DNA of 64,000 nt. It comes from Candidatus Eiseniibacteriota bacterium (GTDB lineage: Bacteria; Eisenbacteria; RBG-16-71-46; DASYSL01). Shown here piece after piece: positions 10,446 to 21,155 of the stretch. Position 1 is the first letter of the stretch. Each line of letters begins with the position of its first letter. Both the position numbers and the translations under genes were made by a program. The notes beneath the pieces were generated by a model. It was not told the DNA's origin and searched no databases. It worked only from the letters and a program-made list of their open reading frames with translations. The stretch lies in assembly GCA_031431875.1 (NCBI GenBank), contig JANPEF010000008.1, positions 27,120-91,119 of the forward strand, in the 5' to 3' direction.

Positions 10446-12658
10446 AGCAGATCCTGCAGAACTACAAGACCGGCGAGCTGCGCCTCGCCGACGTGCCGCC
10501 TCCCGCGCTGCGCGCCGGCGGCGTGCTGGTGGCCACGCGCGCGTCGCTGATCTCGGCCGGCACCGAGAAGATGAAGGTCGACGTGGCGAAGAAGAGCCTG
10601 CTGGGGAAGGCCATGGAGCGTCCCGACCAGGTGAAGAAGGTGATCGAGACCGTGCGCCAGCAGGGGCTGCTGCAGACCTACGAGAAGGTGATGAACAAGC
10701 TCGACACGCCGACGCCGCTCGGTTACTCGAGTGCGGGCGTCGTGCTCGCGGTGGGGCGCGAGGCGTCGGAGTTCAAGGTTGGTGATCCCGTGGCCTGCGC
10801 CGGGGCCGGCTACGCCGTGCATGCCGACGTCGCCTACGTGCCGCGCAACCTGGTCGTGGCCATGGCCGCCGACACGCCATTCGAGCGTGCCGCGTTCACC
10901 ACGCTGGGCGCGATCGCGCTGCAGGGCGTGCGCCAGGGCGAGATTCGCCTCGGTGAGGACGTCGTCGTCATCGGCCTGGGCCTGGTCGGCCTGCTCACGG
11001 TGCAGTTGCTGCGCGCCAGCGGTGCGCGCGTGATCGGCGTCGAGATCGATCCGTCCAAGGCCGAGCTGGCGTTGCGCCTGGGTTGCGAGCGCGTGATCGT
11101 CGGGCCCGACGTCGAAGTGCGCGACGCCGTGCGCCAGGCCACCGGCGGGCGCGGCGCCGATTGTGTGCTGGTCACCGCGGCATCGAGCTCGAGCGGCCCC
11201 GTGATCCTGGCCGGCGAGCTGTGCCGCGATCGCGGTCGCGTCGTCGTCGTGGGGATCACGCGCATGGACCTGCCGCACCGCACGTACTACGACAAGGAGC
11301 TGTCGCTCGTGCTGTCGCGCTCGTACGGGCCCGGGCGCTACGATCCGTCGTACGAGGAGAAGGGCGTCGACTATCCGCTGGGCTACGTGCGCTGGACCGA
11401 GCGGCGCAACATGCACGAGTTTCTGCGGCTGGTCGAGGGCGGGCAGGTCGAGGTCGACCCGCTGATCTCGCACCGCATTCCGTTCGCCGACGCCGAGCGC
11501 GCCTACGGGCTGATCACCGGCAAGGCGACCGAGCGCTACCTGGGGATCGTGCTCACCTATCCCGACACGCCGCCGGCGGGGGGCCGCATCGAACTCGGTG
11601 CCGGTGCCGCAGTCGGTGCGGTCGCGGCCCGGCGTCCGCGCGTGGCCGGCGATCCGGTGGGCGTGGGCTTCCTGGGTGCGGGCAACTTCGCCACGTCGAT
11701 GCTGCTGCCGCATCTCAAGGCGCGCAAGGACGTGAAGCTCACCGGCGTCGTCACCGCGAGCGGGCTGACCGCGCGGGGCGCGGCCGAGAAGTTCGGCTTC
11801 GGCTTCTGCGCCTCGAGCGCCGACGAGCTGTTCGCCGATTCCGCTACCGACGCGGTGTTCGTGGTCACGCGGCATCACCTCCACGCCGGCTACGCCGAGC
11901 GCGCACTGCGCGCGGGCAAGGCGGTGTTCGTCGAGAAGCCGCTGGCCTGCACCGCGGAAGAGCTGGCGTCCGTCGCCGCCGCGGCGCGCGACGTTGCGGC
12001 GCAGACGGGACGGCCCGCGCCGCTGCTGGTCGGCTTCAACCGTCGTTTTGCCGCGCTGTCGACCGCGCTCGCCGCGCACTTCCCGCCCGGCGAGGGGCCG
12101 CTCATGATCCACTACCGCGTCAACGCCGGTTACCTGGGCAAGGAGTCGTGGTACCAGGACCCGGCCGAGGGCGGGGGTCGCATCCTGGGCGAGGTCTGCC
12201 ACTTCCTCGACTACGTCGCGTTCATCGCCGGATCTCCGATCACGCGCGTCCACGCGACCGGGATGCGCGACGCGCGCGGACACTTCCGCGCCGACGACAA
12301 CCTGGCCGTCACGCTCGAGTGCGCCGACGGCTCGGTCGGCATGGTGCTGTACGCCGCGTCGGGCGATGCGGCGATGCCCAAGGAGCGGGTCGAGGTGCTC
12401 GGCCGCGGGCGCAGTGCGATCCTCGACAACTACCAGTCGCTCACCACGTGGGCCGGGAACCGGAAGAAGCAGGTCAAGGCGATGTCGGTGGACAAGGGGC
12501 ACGCGGCCGAGATCGCGCGCTGGATCGCGACCCTGGTCGCCGGGCAGGCGCCGCCCATTGCGTGGTCCGCGCTCCACAACGCCTCGGCGGCGACGCTGGC
12601 CGTGATCGCGTCGCTGACGACCGGGCTGCCGGTCGACGTCGCCGGGCCCGGGGAGTAG
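10442..12658 (+). CDS. Bi-domain oxidoreductase (MDR alcohol dehydrogenase-like + Gfo/Idh/MocA)
   Basis: ISAGTE, GYSSAG, GLGLVG, SRSYGPGRYD..YEE.G.DYP.GYVRWTE.RN; second domain GAGNFA, VEKPLA, GGRILGEVCHFLD. Confidence 0.9.
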   Translation: MKQILQNYKTGELRLADVPPPALRAGGVLVATRASLISAGTEKMKVDVAKKSLLGKAMERPDQVKKVIETVRQQGLLQTYEKVMNKLDTPTPLGYSSAGVVLAVGREASEFKVGDPVACAGAGYAVHADVAYVPRNLVVAMAADTPFERAAFTTLGAIALQGVRQGEIRLGEDVVVIGLGLVGLLTVQLLRASGARVIGVEIDPSKAELALRLGCERVIVGPDVEVRDAVRQATGGRGADCVLVTAASSSSGPVILAGELCRDRGRVVVVGITRMDLPHRTYYDKELSLVLSRSYGPGRYDPSYEEKGVDYPLGYVRWTERRNMHEFLRLVEGGQVEVDPLISHRIPFADAERAYGLITGKATERYLGIVLTYPDTPPAGGRIELGAGAAVGAVAARRPRVAGDPVGVGFLGAGNFATSMLLPHLKARKDVKLTGVVTASGLTARGAAEKFGFGFCASSADELFADSATDAVFVVTRHHLHAGYAERALRAGKAVFVEKPLACTAEELASVAAAARDVAAQTGRPAPLLVGFNRRFAALSTALAAHFPPGEGPLMIHYRVNAGYLGKESWYQDPAEGGGRILGEVCHFLDYVAFIAGSPITRVHATGMRDARGHFRADDNLAVTLECADGSVGMVLYAASGDAAMPKERVEVLGRGRSAILDNYQSLTTWAGNRKKQVKAMSVDKGHAAEIARWIATLVAGQAPPIAWSALHNASAATLAVIASLTTGLPVDVAGPGE

Positions 12659-12667
12659 TCCGCCGAC

Positions 12668-14587
12668 ATGTGCGGAATCTGCGGTGGGCGCTTCGCCCTG
12701 CGAACCGGCAACGACTTCGACGCCGGCGGATTGGTGCGCCGCATGGCCGACGCGCAGCGTCACCGTGGGCCGGATGACGACGGGTTCTTCCGCGACGGTC
12801 CGCTGCACCTGGGCTTCCGCCGGCTGTCGATCATCGACGTCGACGGCGGTCACCAGCCGATCGGCAACGAGGACGACTCGATCCAGGTCATCTTGAACGG
12901 CGAGATCTACAACTTCCGCGAGCTGCGCGACCGCCTCGCCGCTCGGCACACCTTCCGCACGCGCAGCGACACGGAGGTGATCGCCCACCTCTACGAGGAG
13001 AAGGGCGACGACTGCTTCGCCGAGCTCAACGGCATGTTCGGGATCGCGATCATCGACCGTCCGCGGCGACGCCTGGTGCTGGCCCGCGATCGCGCCGGCG
13101 TGAAGCCCGTGTACTGGGCGAATTGCGGCCCCGACTTCGTCTTCGCCTCGGAGATCCGGCCGATCCTCGAGCACCCGGATTGCCCGCGCGAGATGGACGG
13201 CGGCGCGTTCGCGCGCTACCTCGGCATCCAGTACGTGCCCGGCCCGCGCACCGCGTTTCGTGGCATCCAGGTGCTCGAGCCCGGCCACCGCCTGATTCTC
13301 GAGGGCGACCTGCCGCCGCGCATCGAGCCGTTCTGGACGTTCCCCGCGCTCGACCCGGAGCGGATGTTCCGCGATCGGGCCGCCTGTGCCCGCGAACTCG
13401 CGGCGCTCCTCGAGGAGTCGGTGCAGATGCGCCTGGTGTCCGACGTTCCGCTCGGGGCGCTGCTGTCGGGCGGACTCGACTCGAACATCGTCGTCGCGCT
13501 GATGGCGCGCATGTCGAACGCGCCGATCGTCACCGTGTCGGTGGGCTTCAACGACTCGACGCAGCTCGATGAGACCGCGCTGGCGGGGGAGACCGCCCGT
13601 CACCTCGGCACGCAGCATCACGAGATTCGCTACGGCCGCGACGAGGCGCTGGCGATGCTGCCGCAGCTCATCGTGCAGAACGAGCTCCCGATCGCCGAAC
13701 CTCTGCTGGTCCCGTCGTACTTCCTGTTCCGCGAAGCGCGGCGACACGTCACCGTCGTGCTGTCGGGCGAGGGCGCCGACGAGCTGTTCGGTGGCTATAT
13801 GCGCTACCGTGTGCTCTCCGAGTTGCGGCGCTTCCGGCCCTTCCTGCCCGCGCCGTCATGGAGCGGCTGGGATGCGCTGCGCGGCGGCCCCGGCCTCGTG
13901 CACACGCTGGGCAAGGTCGGGCATGCCGTCGCCGAACCCATCGCGGCGCAATCCCTCTGGGAGTGGAACAGCGTCTGGTCCGAGGAGGACGTGCGCGCGG
14001 CCATGGTCGACCCGGCGTACGCCACGCAGTGTTCCGCGCATGCGTATCGCACCCGCGACGGCTTCCGGGAAGACCTGCCGCTGGCCGAGCGCGGCAACCA
14101 GCTCATGGGCATCGAGGCCGAGAACCGGCTGGTCGACTTCGCCCTGAACCGCGCCGACAAGATGTCGATGGCGAACTCGCTCGAGTTGCGGACCCCGTTC
14201 CTCGACTACCGGCTGATCGAGTTCGCGAGTCGGATCCCGACCCGCTGGAAGGTCAATCACTCGGGGGAGAAGCAGATCCTGCGCGAGGCGTTCAAGGGAC
14301 TGCTGCCCGAGTCCGTGCGCCAACGCCCGAAGCGGGCGTTCCAGGCGCCCTACCAGTCGTGGCTCCCCGTGATGTCCAGGCGCCTCCTGCCGGACAGTCG
14401 ACTGGTCCGCGACGGCTGGCTCAAGCGGGCTCCGGTCGACGCGCTGTCGGGCCGGGCGGGCGCGAGCGAGCGCGCCATGAAGCAGCTGTGGACCATTCTC
14501 GTCGCCGAGATGTGGTACCGCGCATACATCGCGCGCGAGGAGATCCCAGCCTTCGTGTCCACGATCACCCTCCCCACGGGCGCGTGA
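12668..14587 (+). CDS. asnB: Second asparagine synthase-like amidotransferase
   Basis: MCGICG, HRGPDD, NGEIYNF, LSGGLDS, SGEGADELFGGY, RADKMSMANSLELRTPFLD. Confidence 0.92.
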   Translation: MCGICGGRFALRTGNDFDAGGLVRRMADAQRHRGPDDDGFFRDGPLHLGFRRLSIIDVDGGHQPIGNEDDSIQVILNGEIYNFRELRDRLAARHTFRTRSDTEVIAHLYEEKGDDCFAELNGMFGIAIIDRPRRRLVLARDRAGVKPVYWANCGPDFVFASEIRPILEHPDCPREMDGGAFARYLGIQYVPGPRTAFRGIQVLEPGHRLILEGDLPPRIEPFWTFPALDPERMFRDRAACARELAALLEESVQMRLVSDVPLGALLSGGLDSNIVVALMARMSNAPIVTVSVGFNDSTQLDETALAGETARHLGTQHHEIRYGRDEALAMLPQLIVQNELPIAEPLLVPSYFLFREARRHVTVVLSGEGADELFGGYMRYRVLSELRRFRPFLPAPSWSGWDALRGGPGLVHTLGKVGHAVAEPIAAQSLWEWNSVWSEEDVRAAMVDPAYATQCSAHAYRTRDGFREDLPLAERGNQLMGIEAENRLVDFALNRADKMSMANSLELRTPFLDYRLIEFASRIPTRWKVNHSGEKQILREAFKGLLPESVRQRPKRAFQAPYQSWLPVMSRRLLPDSRLVRDGWLKRAPVDALSGRAGASERAMKQLWTILVAEMWYRAYIAREEIPAFVSTITLPTGA

Positions 14588-15699
14588 ATCCGCGTGCGCT
14601 GATCGTCGGGCCGCTGCCGCCCCCTCCGGGCGGAGTCGGGCGGCTGGTCGAGGCCATCGTGGCGTCGCCGTTGGCCGAGCGCTGGCAGCTCGACGTCTTC
14701 AACCTGTCCAAGCCGCAGCAGGAGGGGAAGCCCTCGACGGTCACGGCGTGGGACGTGGCGTGGACGCTGGTCCACCTCGTCACGCTGCCCCTGCGCTTGC
14801 TCCGTGCGCGCCCGCAGGTCGCGCTCGTCCAGTCGACGGCGGACAGCGGTTTCGTGCGCGACCTCGCGTTGATTCTCATCCTGCGCGTCTTCCGCGTGCC
14901 GGTCGTGATCCACTGGCACGGGGCGCCGGAGTCGTTGCAGTTCCCCGGCCCGAACCGCGCCTCGTGGCGGAGCGCGTTGTTCCGCTTCGCGGTGCGGCGG
15001 GCGCGGGCACTCCTGCTGCTCGCCGAGCCGTATCGTCGGTTCTTCGCGCAGCACGTCGGCGATGAGCCCCTGGTGGTCGTTCCGAACTTCGTTGACGGGG
15101 GAGCCATCGCGGCCGCGGCACCGGTGACCGCGGTGGGAATGAGCTCGGCGCTACGCCTGGTATTTCTCGGGCGCATCGGCCCGCAAAAGGGCGTCGACGT
15201 CCTGCTCGATGCATTCACGCGCGCCCGCGAGACCGTGCCGTGGATGGCGCTCGAGTTGATCGGCGAGGGCGAGTCGCCAGCGGCACTCGAAGCCGTGCGC
15301 GCCCATCCCGCGGTGCTCGCGGGCCACGCGGTGCTGGCGGGCGCCATGGGCGAGGAACGCTTCGCACGGCTCCGTGGTGCCGACGTCTTCGTGCTGCCGA
15401 CGCGCGCCGATTCGTTTCCGCTGTCGATCCTCGAGGCGATGGCCGCCGGGCTGCCCGTCGTCGCGTCCGCCGTCGGCGCCATCCCGTGGCTGCTCGACGA
15501 TGGCGCGTGCGGAGTTCTCGTTCCCGTCGGCGACCCGGCGGCGCTCGCCGCCGCACTGGTGAAGCTCGCGCAGGACGAGAAGCAGCGCGCGGCGCTGAGT
15601 CTCGCGGCGCGCGCCCGACAGCAGACGATGTTCGACTCGACGCAGGCAGCGGTGCAGCTCGATGCCGTGCTGCGCGCGGCGGCAGGACTGCCTGCGTGA
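14584..15699 (+). CDS. Glycosyltransferase family 4
   Basis: GTG overlapping the upstream stop; GPLPPPPGGV, GRIGPQKG, DSFPLSILEAMAAG. Confidence 0.88.
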   Translation: MNPRALIVGPLPPPPGGVGRLVEAIVASPLAERWQLDVFNLSKPQQEGKPSTVTAWDVAWTLVHLVTLPLRLLRARPQVALVQSTADSGFVRDLALILILRVFRVPVVIHWHGAPESLQFPGPNRASWRSALFRFAVRRARALLLLAEPYRRFFAQHVGDEPLVVVPNFVDGGAIAAAAPVTAVGMSSALRLVFLGRIGPQKGVDVLLDAFTRARETVPWMALELIGEGESPAALEAVRAHPAVLAGHAVLAGAMGEERFARLRGADVFVLPTRADSFPLSILEAMAAGLPVVASAVGAIPWLLDDGACGVLVPVGDPAALAAALVKLAQDEKQRAALSLAARARQQTMFDSTQAAVQLDAVLRAAAGLPA

Positions 15700-17156
15700 C
15701 ACCGCGCCAGGAGACCCCGGCTGCCCCACTGGATGGCGCCTTCCTCGCGCTGCTCGCGCTCGTGGCTGTGGCGGTGCTGGCGCCGCGTGTGGCCGGCTTC
15801 ACCACCGATTCCGACGCCTACCTCGACGTGGCGATGAACCTGCGCGACGGCCACGGGCTCGTGCAGTCGGTCGTCGACTTCTGGCGACCGGCGGTGCCCG
15901 ATCCGCTCGGGCTCTGGCCGCCGCTCTATCCCGCACTGGTCGCCGCCGTCGGGGCGTTCGGCGTGCCGCTCGAGCTGGCCGCACGCTTCGTCTCTGCCGG
16001 CTCGTTCGCCGTGTTCGCGTTCGCGTTTCATGCGCTGGCTGTTTCGGCGCTCGGCCGGGGCGCCGGGGCGCTCGCGACCGTCGCCGCGCTGGCCACCCCG
16101 GCGGTCACGCAGCTCGGCGCGTTCGCGTGGAGCGAGGCGACGTACCTGGCGTTGATCACGGGCGGGCTCGTGCTGCTGGCGCGAGCGGAGGCGCGCGGCG
16201 AGTGGAGTCGGGGCGCTGCCTTCGCCGCCGGCGCACTGCTTGGCGCGGCGGCGCTGACGCGCTACGCCGGCGTGCCGATCGCCGTGCTCGCGGTCGCCTA
16301 CGCTGCGCTGCGCGGATCCCTGCGCGCGCGCGGGCTCGCCGCCTTCGCGTTGCCGGCGCTCGTGCTGCCGGCCGTGTGGCTGGGCCACAACCTGGCGGAG
16401 TTCGGGCGGCCGTTCGGCCCCGCGCTCGCGCCCGCGACGCACGGGCTGGGCACGCAGGCATTCGAGTTCCTGCGCGCGCTGCGCTGGGAGCTGTTGCCCG
16501 CCCCGTTCGATCGAAGGGCGGCGATGGCGTACGGCCTCGCGTTGGTCACTGCGGCAGGAGTGTTGCTGGCGCTGCGCCACCGCGGCGCCGGCCGGCTGGC
16601 CGCCGCGTTCGCCCTGCTCTACGCGGGGCTCGTCGTCGTGGCCACCGGGACGAGCGGGATCAATGCGCCGACCGGGCGCTACCTCGCACCGGTGCTGCCG
16701 TTCCTGGTGCTCGCGGCATTCGCGGGGTGGCGGGGCAGGAGCGTGACGGTGGATCCTGCCGCGGGCGGGCGTCGCGCCCTGTCGACGGGCCTTTCGGCCG
16801 TGTGGACGATCGCCGTGCTGGTCGAGCTACTGGGCCTGGTGCGGGTGTTGCCCGCGACGGCGCCCGCAGCCCTCGCGCGTCGCGAGGATCGGCGTGCACT
16901 CGCGCGCCTCGTGCCGGAGGGGAGCGCGCCCGTGCTGTCCGATTGCGGGCACCTGCTTCGCAGCGCGACCGGGCGGACTGCCGTGCAGGTTCCTGCGGCG
17001 GGTTACCGGCCGCGAGCCTACGCGGCCGCGGACGACGCGCGCTGGGCGGGCGCGGGCGTGAGCGAGGCGATCCTCGCCGGCGAAACGCCGCCGGCCGGAG
17101 CATGGCGATCCGTCGCGGTCGAGGGACGGTTCACACGGTGGGTGCGGTCCGACTAG
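15696..17156 (+). CDS. ArnT/PMT-like GT-C membrane glycosyltransferase
   Basis: TTDSDAY first-loop motif, WPPLYP, WSE, LTRYAG, RYLAP; multi-TM. Confidence 0.7.
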   Translation: MTPRQETPAAPLDGAFLALLALVAVAVLAPRVAGFTTDSDAYLDVAMNLRDGHGLVQSVVDFWRPAVPDPLGLWPPLYPALVAAVGAFGVPLELAARFVSAGSFAVFAFAFHALAVSALGRGAGALATVAALATPAVTQLGAFAWSEATYLALITGGLVLLARAEARGEWSRGAAFAAGALLGAAALTRYAGVPIAVLAVAYAALRGSLRARGLAAFALPALVLPAVWLGHNLAEFGRPFGPALAPATHGLGTQAFEFLRALRWELLPAPFDRRAAMAYGLALVTAAGVLLALRHRGAGRLAAAFALLYAGLVVVATGTSGINAPTGRYLAPVLPFLVLAAFAGWRGRSVTVDPAAGGRRALSTGLSAVWTIAVLVELLGLVRVLPATAPAALARREDRRALARLVPEGSAPVLSDCGHLLRSATGRTAVQVPAAGYRPRAYAAADDARWAGAGVSEAILAGETPPAGAWRSVAVEGRFTRWVRSD

Positions 17157-17839
17157 GCTCCGGGCCGGGTTCCGCGCACTCCCCAGTTGATCATGAGCGG
17201 ATACAGCGTCCCCCCGAATCGATCGAAGAACGGAAGCACCGCGCGCGCGAACGGAAGTTGCCAGGGAAACAGATGGCAACCGGTGACGGTCACGTCGCGC
17301 AGGCCGCACTCCTCGAGCGTCCGGGCGGCTTCCCGCGGGGACAGCCACAGCTCGTTGCCTGCGAACTTCCGGATCTTGAGCGCCATCGACAGCAGCAGCA
17401 CCGGGTACCAGAGCTTGTTCGGCGAGGTCACGATGAGCGTGCCGCCCGGCCGGACAACGCGTGCCAGCTCGCGCAGGGCGCGCCGTGGATCGGGGGTATG
17501 CTCGATGCACTCCGAGGAGAACACGAGGTCGAAGGACCGGTCCGGATAGTCGATGGCGCAGGCATCCTGCCGGCTCCAATCCGTCCCCAGGCGCTCACCC
17601 GTCTCGCGCGAGAGCTTTTCGGAGTAGTCGCTCACGGTCAGGCGACCGACGTGCGGTACGATCGCCTCGCTGACGGCGCCCGTGCCGCAGCCGATCTCGA
17701 GCGCCGTGCCCTCTTTCGCGTTCGCGGGCAGCAGGCCGCGGATCACCTCGACGCGACGGCCGACGTCGTACGCGGACATCCAGCCGTTGAAGTTGTCCCC
17801 GATCTCCTCGAAGTACAACTCGCTCTTCGTTCGGGCCAT
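17153..17839 (-). CDS. Class I SAM-dependent methyltransferase
   Basis: LEIGCGTG motif I, FDLVFSSECIEH, RVVRPGG. Confidence 0.9.
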   Translation of the reverse strand: MARTKSELYFEEIGDNFNGWMSAYDVGRRVEVIRGLLPANAKEGTALEIGCGTGAVSEAIVPHVGRLTVSDYSEKLSRETGERLGTDWSRQDACAIDYPDRSFDLVFSSECIEHTPDPRRALRELARVVRPGGTLIVTSPNKLWYPVLLLSMALKIRKFAGNELWLSPREAARTLEECGLRDVTVTGCHLFPWQLPFARAVLPFFDRFGGTLYPLMINWGVRGTRPGA

Positions 17840-17858
17840 GCCTGTCTCCTCCTGCCCG

Positions 17859-18824
17859 TCAGCCGAGCGGTGAGCGCTCCGCCGGCGGAGCGATGCCGGT
17901 GAGCTGGCCGACCACGTAGCGCGGACGGCGCTTCACTTCCCGGAGAACGGCGCCGACGTATCCGCCGAGTATGCCGATGAGAATGAACTGGACGCCGCTG
18001 GCCACCAGGATGACGAGGATCTGCGACGACCAGCCGGCGATTCCCTGGTGGAGAACGAGCCGGACGTAGAGCACGTAGCACGCGTACGCCGCGAACAGCG
18101 CGAGGAAGGCGAGCCCGAGGACGTAGCCTGCATAGAGCGGGGCCAGCGAGAAACTGAACAGCGACTCGGTCGCGAAGCGCAGCATCTTGGAATACGAGTA
18201 CTTCGTCGTGCCGGCGAATCGCGGCGCCGGAATGTACGGAATCTCCTCGGCCCGGAACGGCAGTTTCGCAAGCAGGAAGCGCACCGGCAGCGTCTCCTCG
18301 CGGTGCTCCCGGACGACGAGGACGACCCGGCGATCGATGCCGCGGAAGTCGGCCATGCCCGGCTTGATCGGGATTCCCGTGACGGCGCTGAAGAGGCGAT
18401 AGTAGAGGCGCGACGAGATGCGCTTGACGGGGCTCTCGCTCGCGGTCTCCTGGCGGATCGTGTGGACGACGAGCGCGCCGCCCTTCCAGCGCCGGATGAT
18501 TTCGGGAATGACCTCCGGGGGATGCTGCAGGTCGGCGTCCATGGTGATGACGAGATCGCCCTCGGCATGGTCGAGCCCGGCCACGAGCGCCTTCATGTGG
18601 CCGCCGTTGAGAAGCAGGTGGATGCCGCGCACGCGCGGATCCTCGGCATGCAGCCGCTGCACCACCTCGATGGTCCCGTCGGTGCTGCCGTCATCGCAGA
18701 CCAGGACCTCCCAGTCGAGTTCCGTCCGGAGCACCTCGCGCAGCCGCGCGACGAGGGCCGGGAGCGACTCGGCCTCATTGTACGCGGGAACGACGATGCT
18801 CAGGGCGGGGCGGTGGGCGCTCAT
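17859..18824 (-). CDS. GT2 polyprenyl-phosphate glycosyltransferase (GtrB/ArnC-like)
   Basis: VVPAYNE, DDGSTD, MDADLQHPP, DFR, two C-terminal TMs, EVKRRPRY. Confidence 0.9.
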   Translation of the reverse strand: MSAHRPALSIVVPAYNEAESLPALVARLREVLRTELDWEVLVCDDGSTDGTIEVVQRLHAEDPRVRGIHLLLNGGHMKALVAGLDHAEGDLVITMDADLQHPPEVIPEIIRRWKGGALVVHTIRQETASESPVKRISSRLYYRLFSAVTGIPIKPGMADFRGIDRRVVLVVREHREETLPVRFLLAKLPFRAEEIPYIPAPRFAGTTKYSYSKMLRFATESLFSFSLAPLYAGYVLGLAFLALFAAYACYVLYVRLVLHQGIAGWSSQILVILVASGVQFILIGILGGYVGAVLREVKRRPRYVVGQLTGIAPPAERSPLG

Positions 18825-20254
18825 CGAAAAGCGATCTCCCTGGAGGTGTCCGGGCGCCGCGACGAGACGAAGATCGCCACGGCAAGCAGCTGGCCGAAGA
18901 CGGCGGGCAGCAGGAGCCGTGCTCCGAGCGCGATCGGCAAGTGCGAAAGGTACAGGTACAGGTAGGGCAGGAACAGCAGGATTCCCACACGGCGGGTCCG
19001 GCGATCGAGGATGACCGCGACATTCACCGCGAACAACGCGATGCCGATCAGCCCGAAGATCAGGCGATCCCAGTAGGCGCGCAGTACATCGGCAGGGTGC
19101 GCCAGGATCGCCTGGATCGGCGTGAGTCCCTGGCGCGCGTAGTCGTAGAAGCCATGGCCTTCGTAATACGGATTGTCGTAGCCCCAGCGGTACAGCGGGA
19201 CGATGCCGAGCGGGATGCGTCGCACCATCTGGCTCGGGACGAGCAGGGGATCCTCGCGCACGATGGCGAGGAAGCGCTGCTTGAACCACTGGTCCGTCCT
19301 CGCATCGTCGATGCCCTCGAAGCCCTGCTCCACCGCGAGCTTCGCCATGAGGTCGTCGTCGAAAACGATCCCGTACTTGTTCGGAAACTGGCCGATGCTC
19401 TGCAGGATCGACATGCCACCGGCGTGCGTCGTGACGTTGAAGCGCCCGTTCTCGCGCAGGTTGCGCATACCCCACGGCACGACCGCGAGCGCGGTCATCA
19501 GCGTCAGCACTGCACTGCCGGCCAGGGCACGCCGCCACGGCAGGGTCACCAGGGCGCCGACGAGCAGGAACGACGGATACAGCAGGTAGTCCGGCCTGAA
19601 CATGCATGCCAGGCCCAGCAAGAGGCCGGTCGCGGCGAACCATCGTATCCGGCCGCTCTGCAGTGCGCGCACGTACAGGTAGAAGATGCCGATCATGGCG
19701 GCGGGCATCAGCGTGTCGGCGACATGCGAGGTCACGAGGTACGCCGTCGGCAGGAACACCGCCGCCAGCGCCGCGCCGATGAGCCCGACGCGCGAACCGG
19801 CCAGGCGCGCGCCGATCGAGAAGACGACGAGGCACGCGCACGCATCGACCAGCGCCTGCAGCGCCTTGGCCCATGGAATGAGCGGGTTCCCCAGGGTGCG
19901 ATAGACGAGCGCCAGGAACGTGGAGTAGCCCGGCGGATGCAGCGTCGACGGCCGCCAGCGCGCGGGATCCTTGGCCGGCACGTCGGCGGGATCGAGGCGC
20001 TCGCCGCGCGCCTCGAGGCTGTCCTCGAACACGAAGAAGTCGACCTGCGGCGGCTGGTGCTCGACCGGGCGGACGAAGCCGTAGCCCGCGACCATCGCGT
20101 AGGCGTCCTGCTCGTAGCGGTGGGCGAGGCCCTCCATCTCGCCACGACCATTCGCCCACACGCCGATGACCGCGCGGATCGCCAGGGCGACGACGAAGAT
20201 CGCCGCGAGGGCGAGCCGGTGGCGACGGCGTTCGGTGGGGGAACGGTCCTGCAT
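18821..20254 (-). CDS. GT39/ArnT-like GT-C membrane glycosyltransferase
   Basis: HPPGYSTFLA, FRPDY, PWGMRN, multi-TM; start could also be ATG 20272. Confidence 0.75.
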   Translation of the reverse strand: MQDRSPTERRRHRLALAAIFVVALAIRAVIGVWANGRGEMEGLAHRYEQDAYAMVAGYGFVRPVEHQPPQVDFFVFEDSLEARGERLDPADVPAKDPARWRPSTLHPPGYSTFLALVYRTLGNPLIPWAKALQALVDACACLVVFSIGARLAGSRVGLIGAALAAVFLPTAYLVTSHVADTLMPAAMIGIFYLYVRALQSGRIRWFAATGLLLGLACMFRPDYLLYPSFLLVGALVTLPWRRALAGSAVLTLMTALAVVPWGMRNLRENGRFNVTTHAGGMSILQSIGQFPNKYGIVFDDDLMAKLAVEQGFEGIDDARTDQWFKQRFLAIVREDPLLVPSQMVRRIPLGIVPLYRWGYDNPYYEGHGFYDYARQGLTPIQAILAHPADVLRAYWDRLIFGLIGIALFAVNVAVILDRRTRRVGILLFLPYLYLYLSHLPIALGARLLLPAVFGQLLAVAIFVSSRRPDTSREIAFR

Positions 20255-20258
20255 GCGA

Positions 20259-21155
20259 TCACGGCCTCTCATGGGTCGACCTGGATCTCGCGAGGAAGAG
20301 CCTTCGCAGCGCTTCCTCCATCGGTATCGGCACATCGATGCCGAGCTGTCGCATCGAGTCCGCATTGTCCCATGGGATGAGCGCTTTGAGCCCAAGAACG
20401 TTCTCGCGCCGGATCGGGAACGGGATGCGCATGGTCTCGAGCAGCCCCGCGCCCAGCTCGACCAGACCCAGCGGAACGGGCACGAAGGTGCGCTTCACTC
20501 CGAGTCCATCACAGATCGCGAGGTAAAGCTCGCGCATCGTCCGCACGTCCGGATGCGCGACTGCGAAGCGCCCGGACAGTCCGCGCTCGGCGATCGCCAC
20601 GATTGCCGCCTCCAGGTCCCCGATCCACAGCGTCTGGATCGGCTGGCACCCGCCGTCGGGCAGCGGCACGACGCTCGCGTCGCGAAGCAGGGCGGCCATG
20701 CTGCCGAACAGCCCGCCGTCCCCGAGCACGAGTCCCAGCTTGAGGATCGCGTCGCGCGACGGGTCGAACAGCGCCTCGAGCTCGAGCTTGTTGCGCCCGT
20801 AGTGGGAAAGCGCGCCCGGATGCGCGGACATCGTCGACAGGTAGACGACGCGCGCCCCATGAGCGCGCGCCGCGGCGAGCACGTTGCGCGCACCCTCGCG
20901 ATTGATCGCGTCGGCGTCGGGATGTCCTGGCCCGTACTCGACGAACGCTCCGTGCACCAGCACGTCGAGTCCGGCGAAGTCGTCGACGTGGACCTGATCC
21001 GGCAGGATCAGCGTGTGGACTTCGATGCCGGGAATCGCCTCGCCGGCCGGGGGCCGCTGGAAAGCGGTGACCGCGAACCCGCGCGCCGCGAGCCCGCGCA
21101 CGAGGTGCCGGCCGACGAACCCGGTGGCGCCGGTGATGCCGATCCGCATGCTCAC
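20259..21155 (-). CDS. NAD-dependent epimerase/dehydratase (extended SDR)
   Basis: ITGATGFVG, YLST, YGRNK (YxxxK); start GTG 21155 (overlap) or ATG 21149. Confidence 0.85.
   Translation of the reverse strand: MSMRIGITGATGFVGRHLVRGLAARGFAVTAFQRPPAGEAIPGIEVHTLILPDQVHVDDFAGLDVLVHGAFVEYGPGHPDADAINREGARNVLAAARAHGARVVYLSTMSAHPGALSHYGRNKLELEALFDPSRDAILKLGLVLGDGGLFGSMAALLRDASVVPLPDGGCQPIQTLWIGDLEAAIVAIAERGLSGRFAVAHPDVRTMRELYLAICDGLGVKRTFVPVPLGLVELGAGLLETMRIPFPIRRENVLGLKALIPWDNADSMRQLGIDVPIPMEEALRRLFLARSRSTHERP

Noticed and set aside
10406..13747. 1113-aa minus-strand ORF and many other long alternative ORFs (579-3359, 31895-33664, 54315-56420, 37151-39082)
   Set aside because: Shadow ORFs of high-GC DNA; they overlap motif-supported genes and are Arg/Ala/Pro-rich without domains
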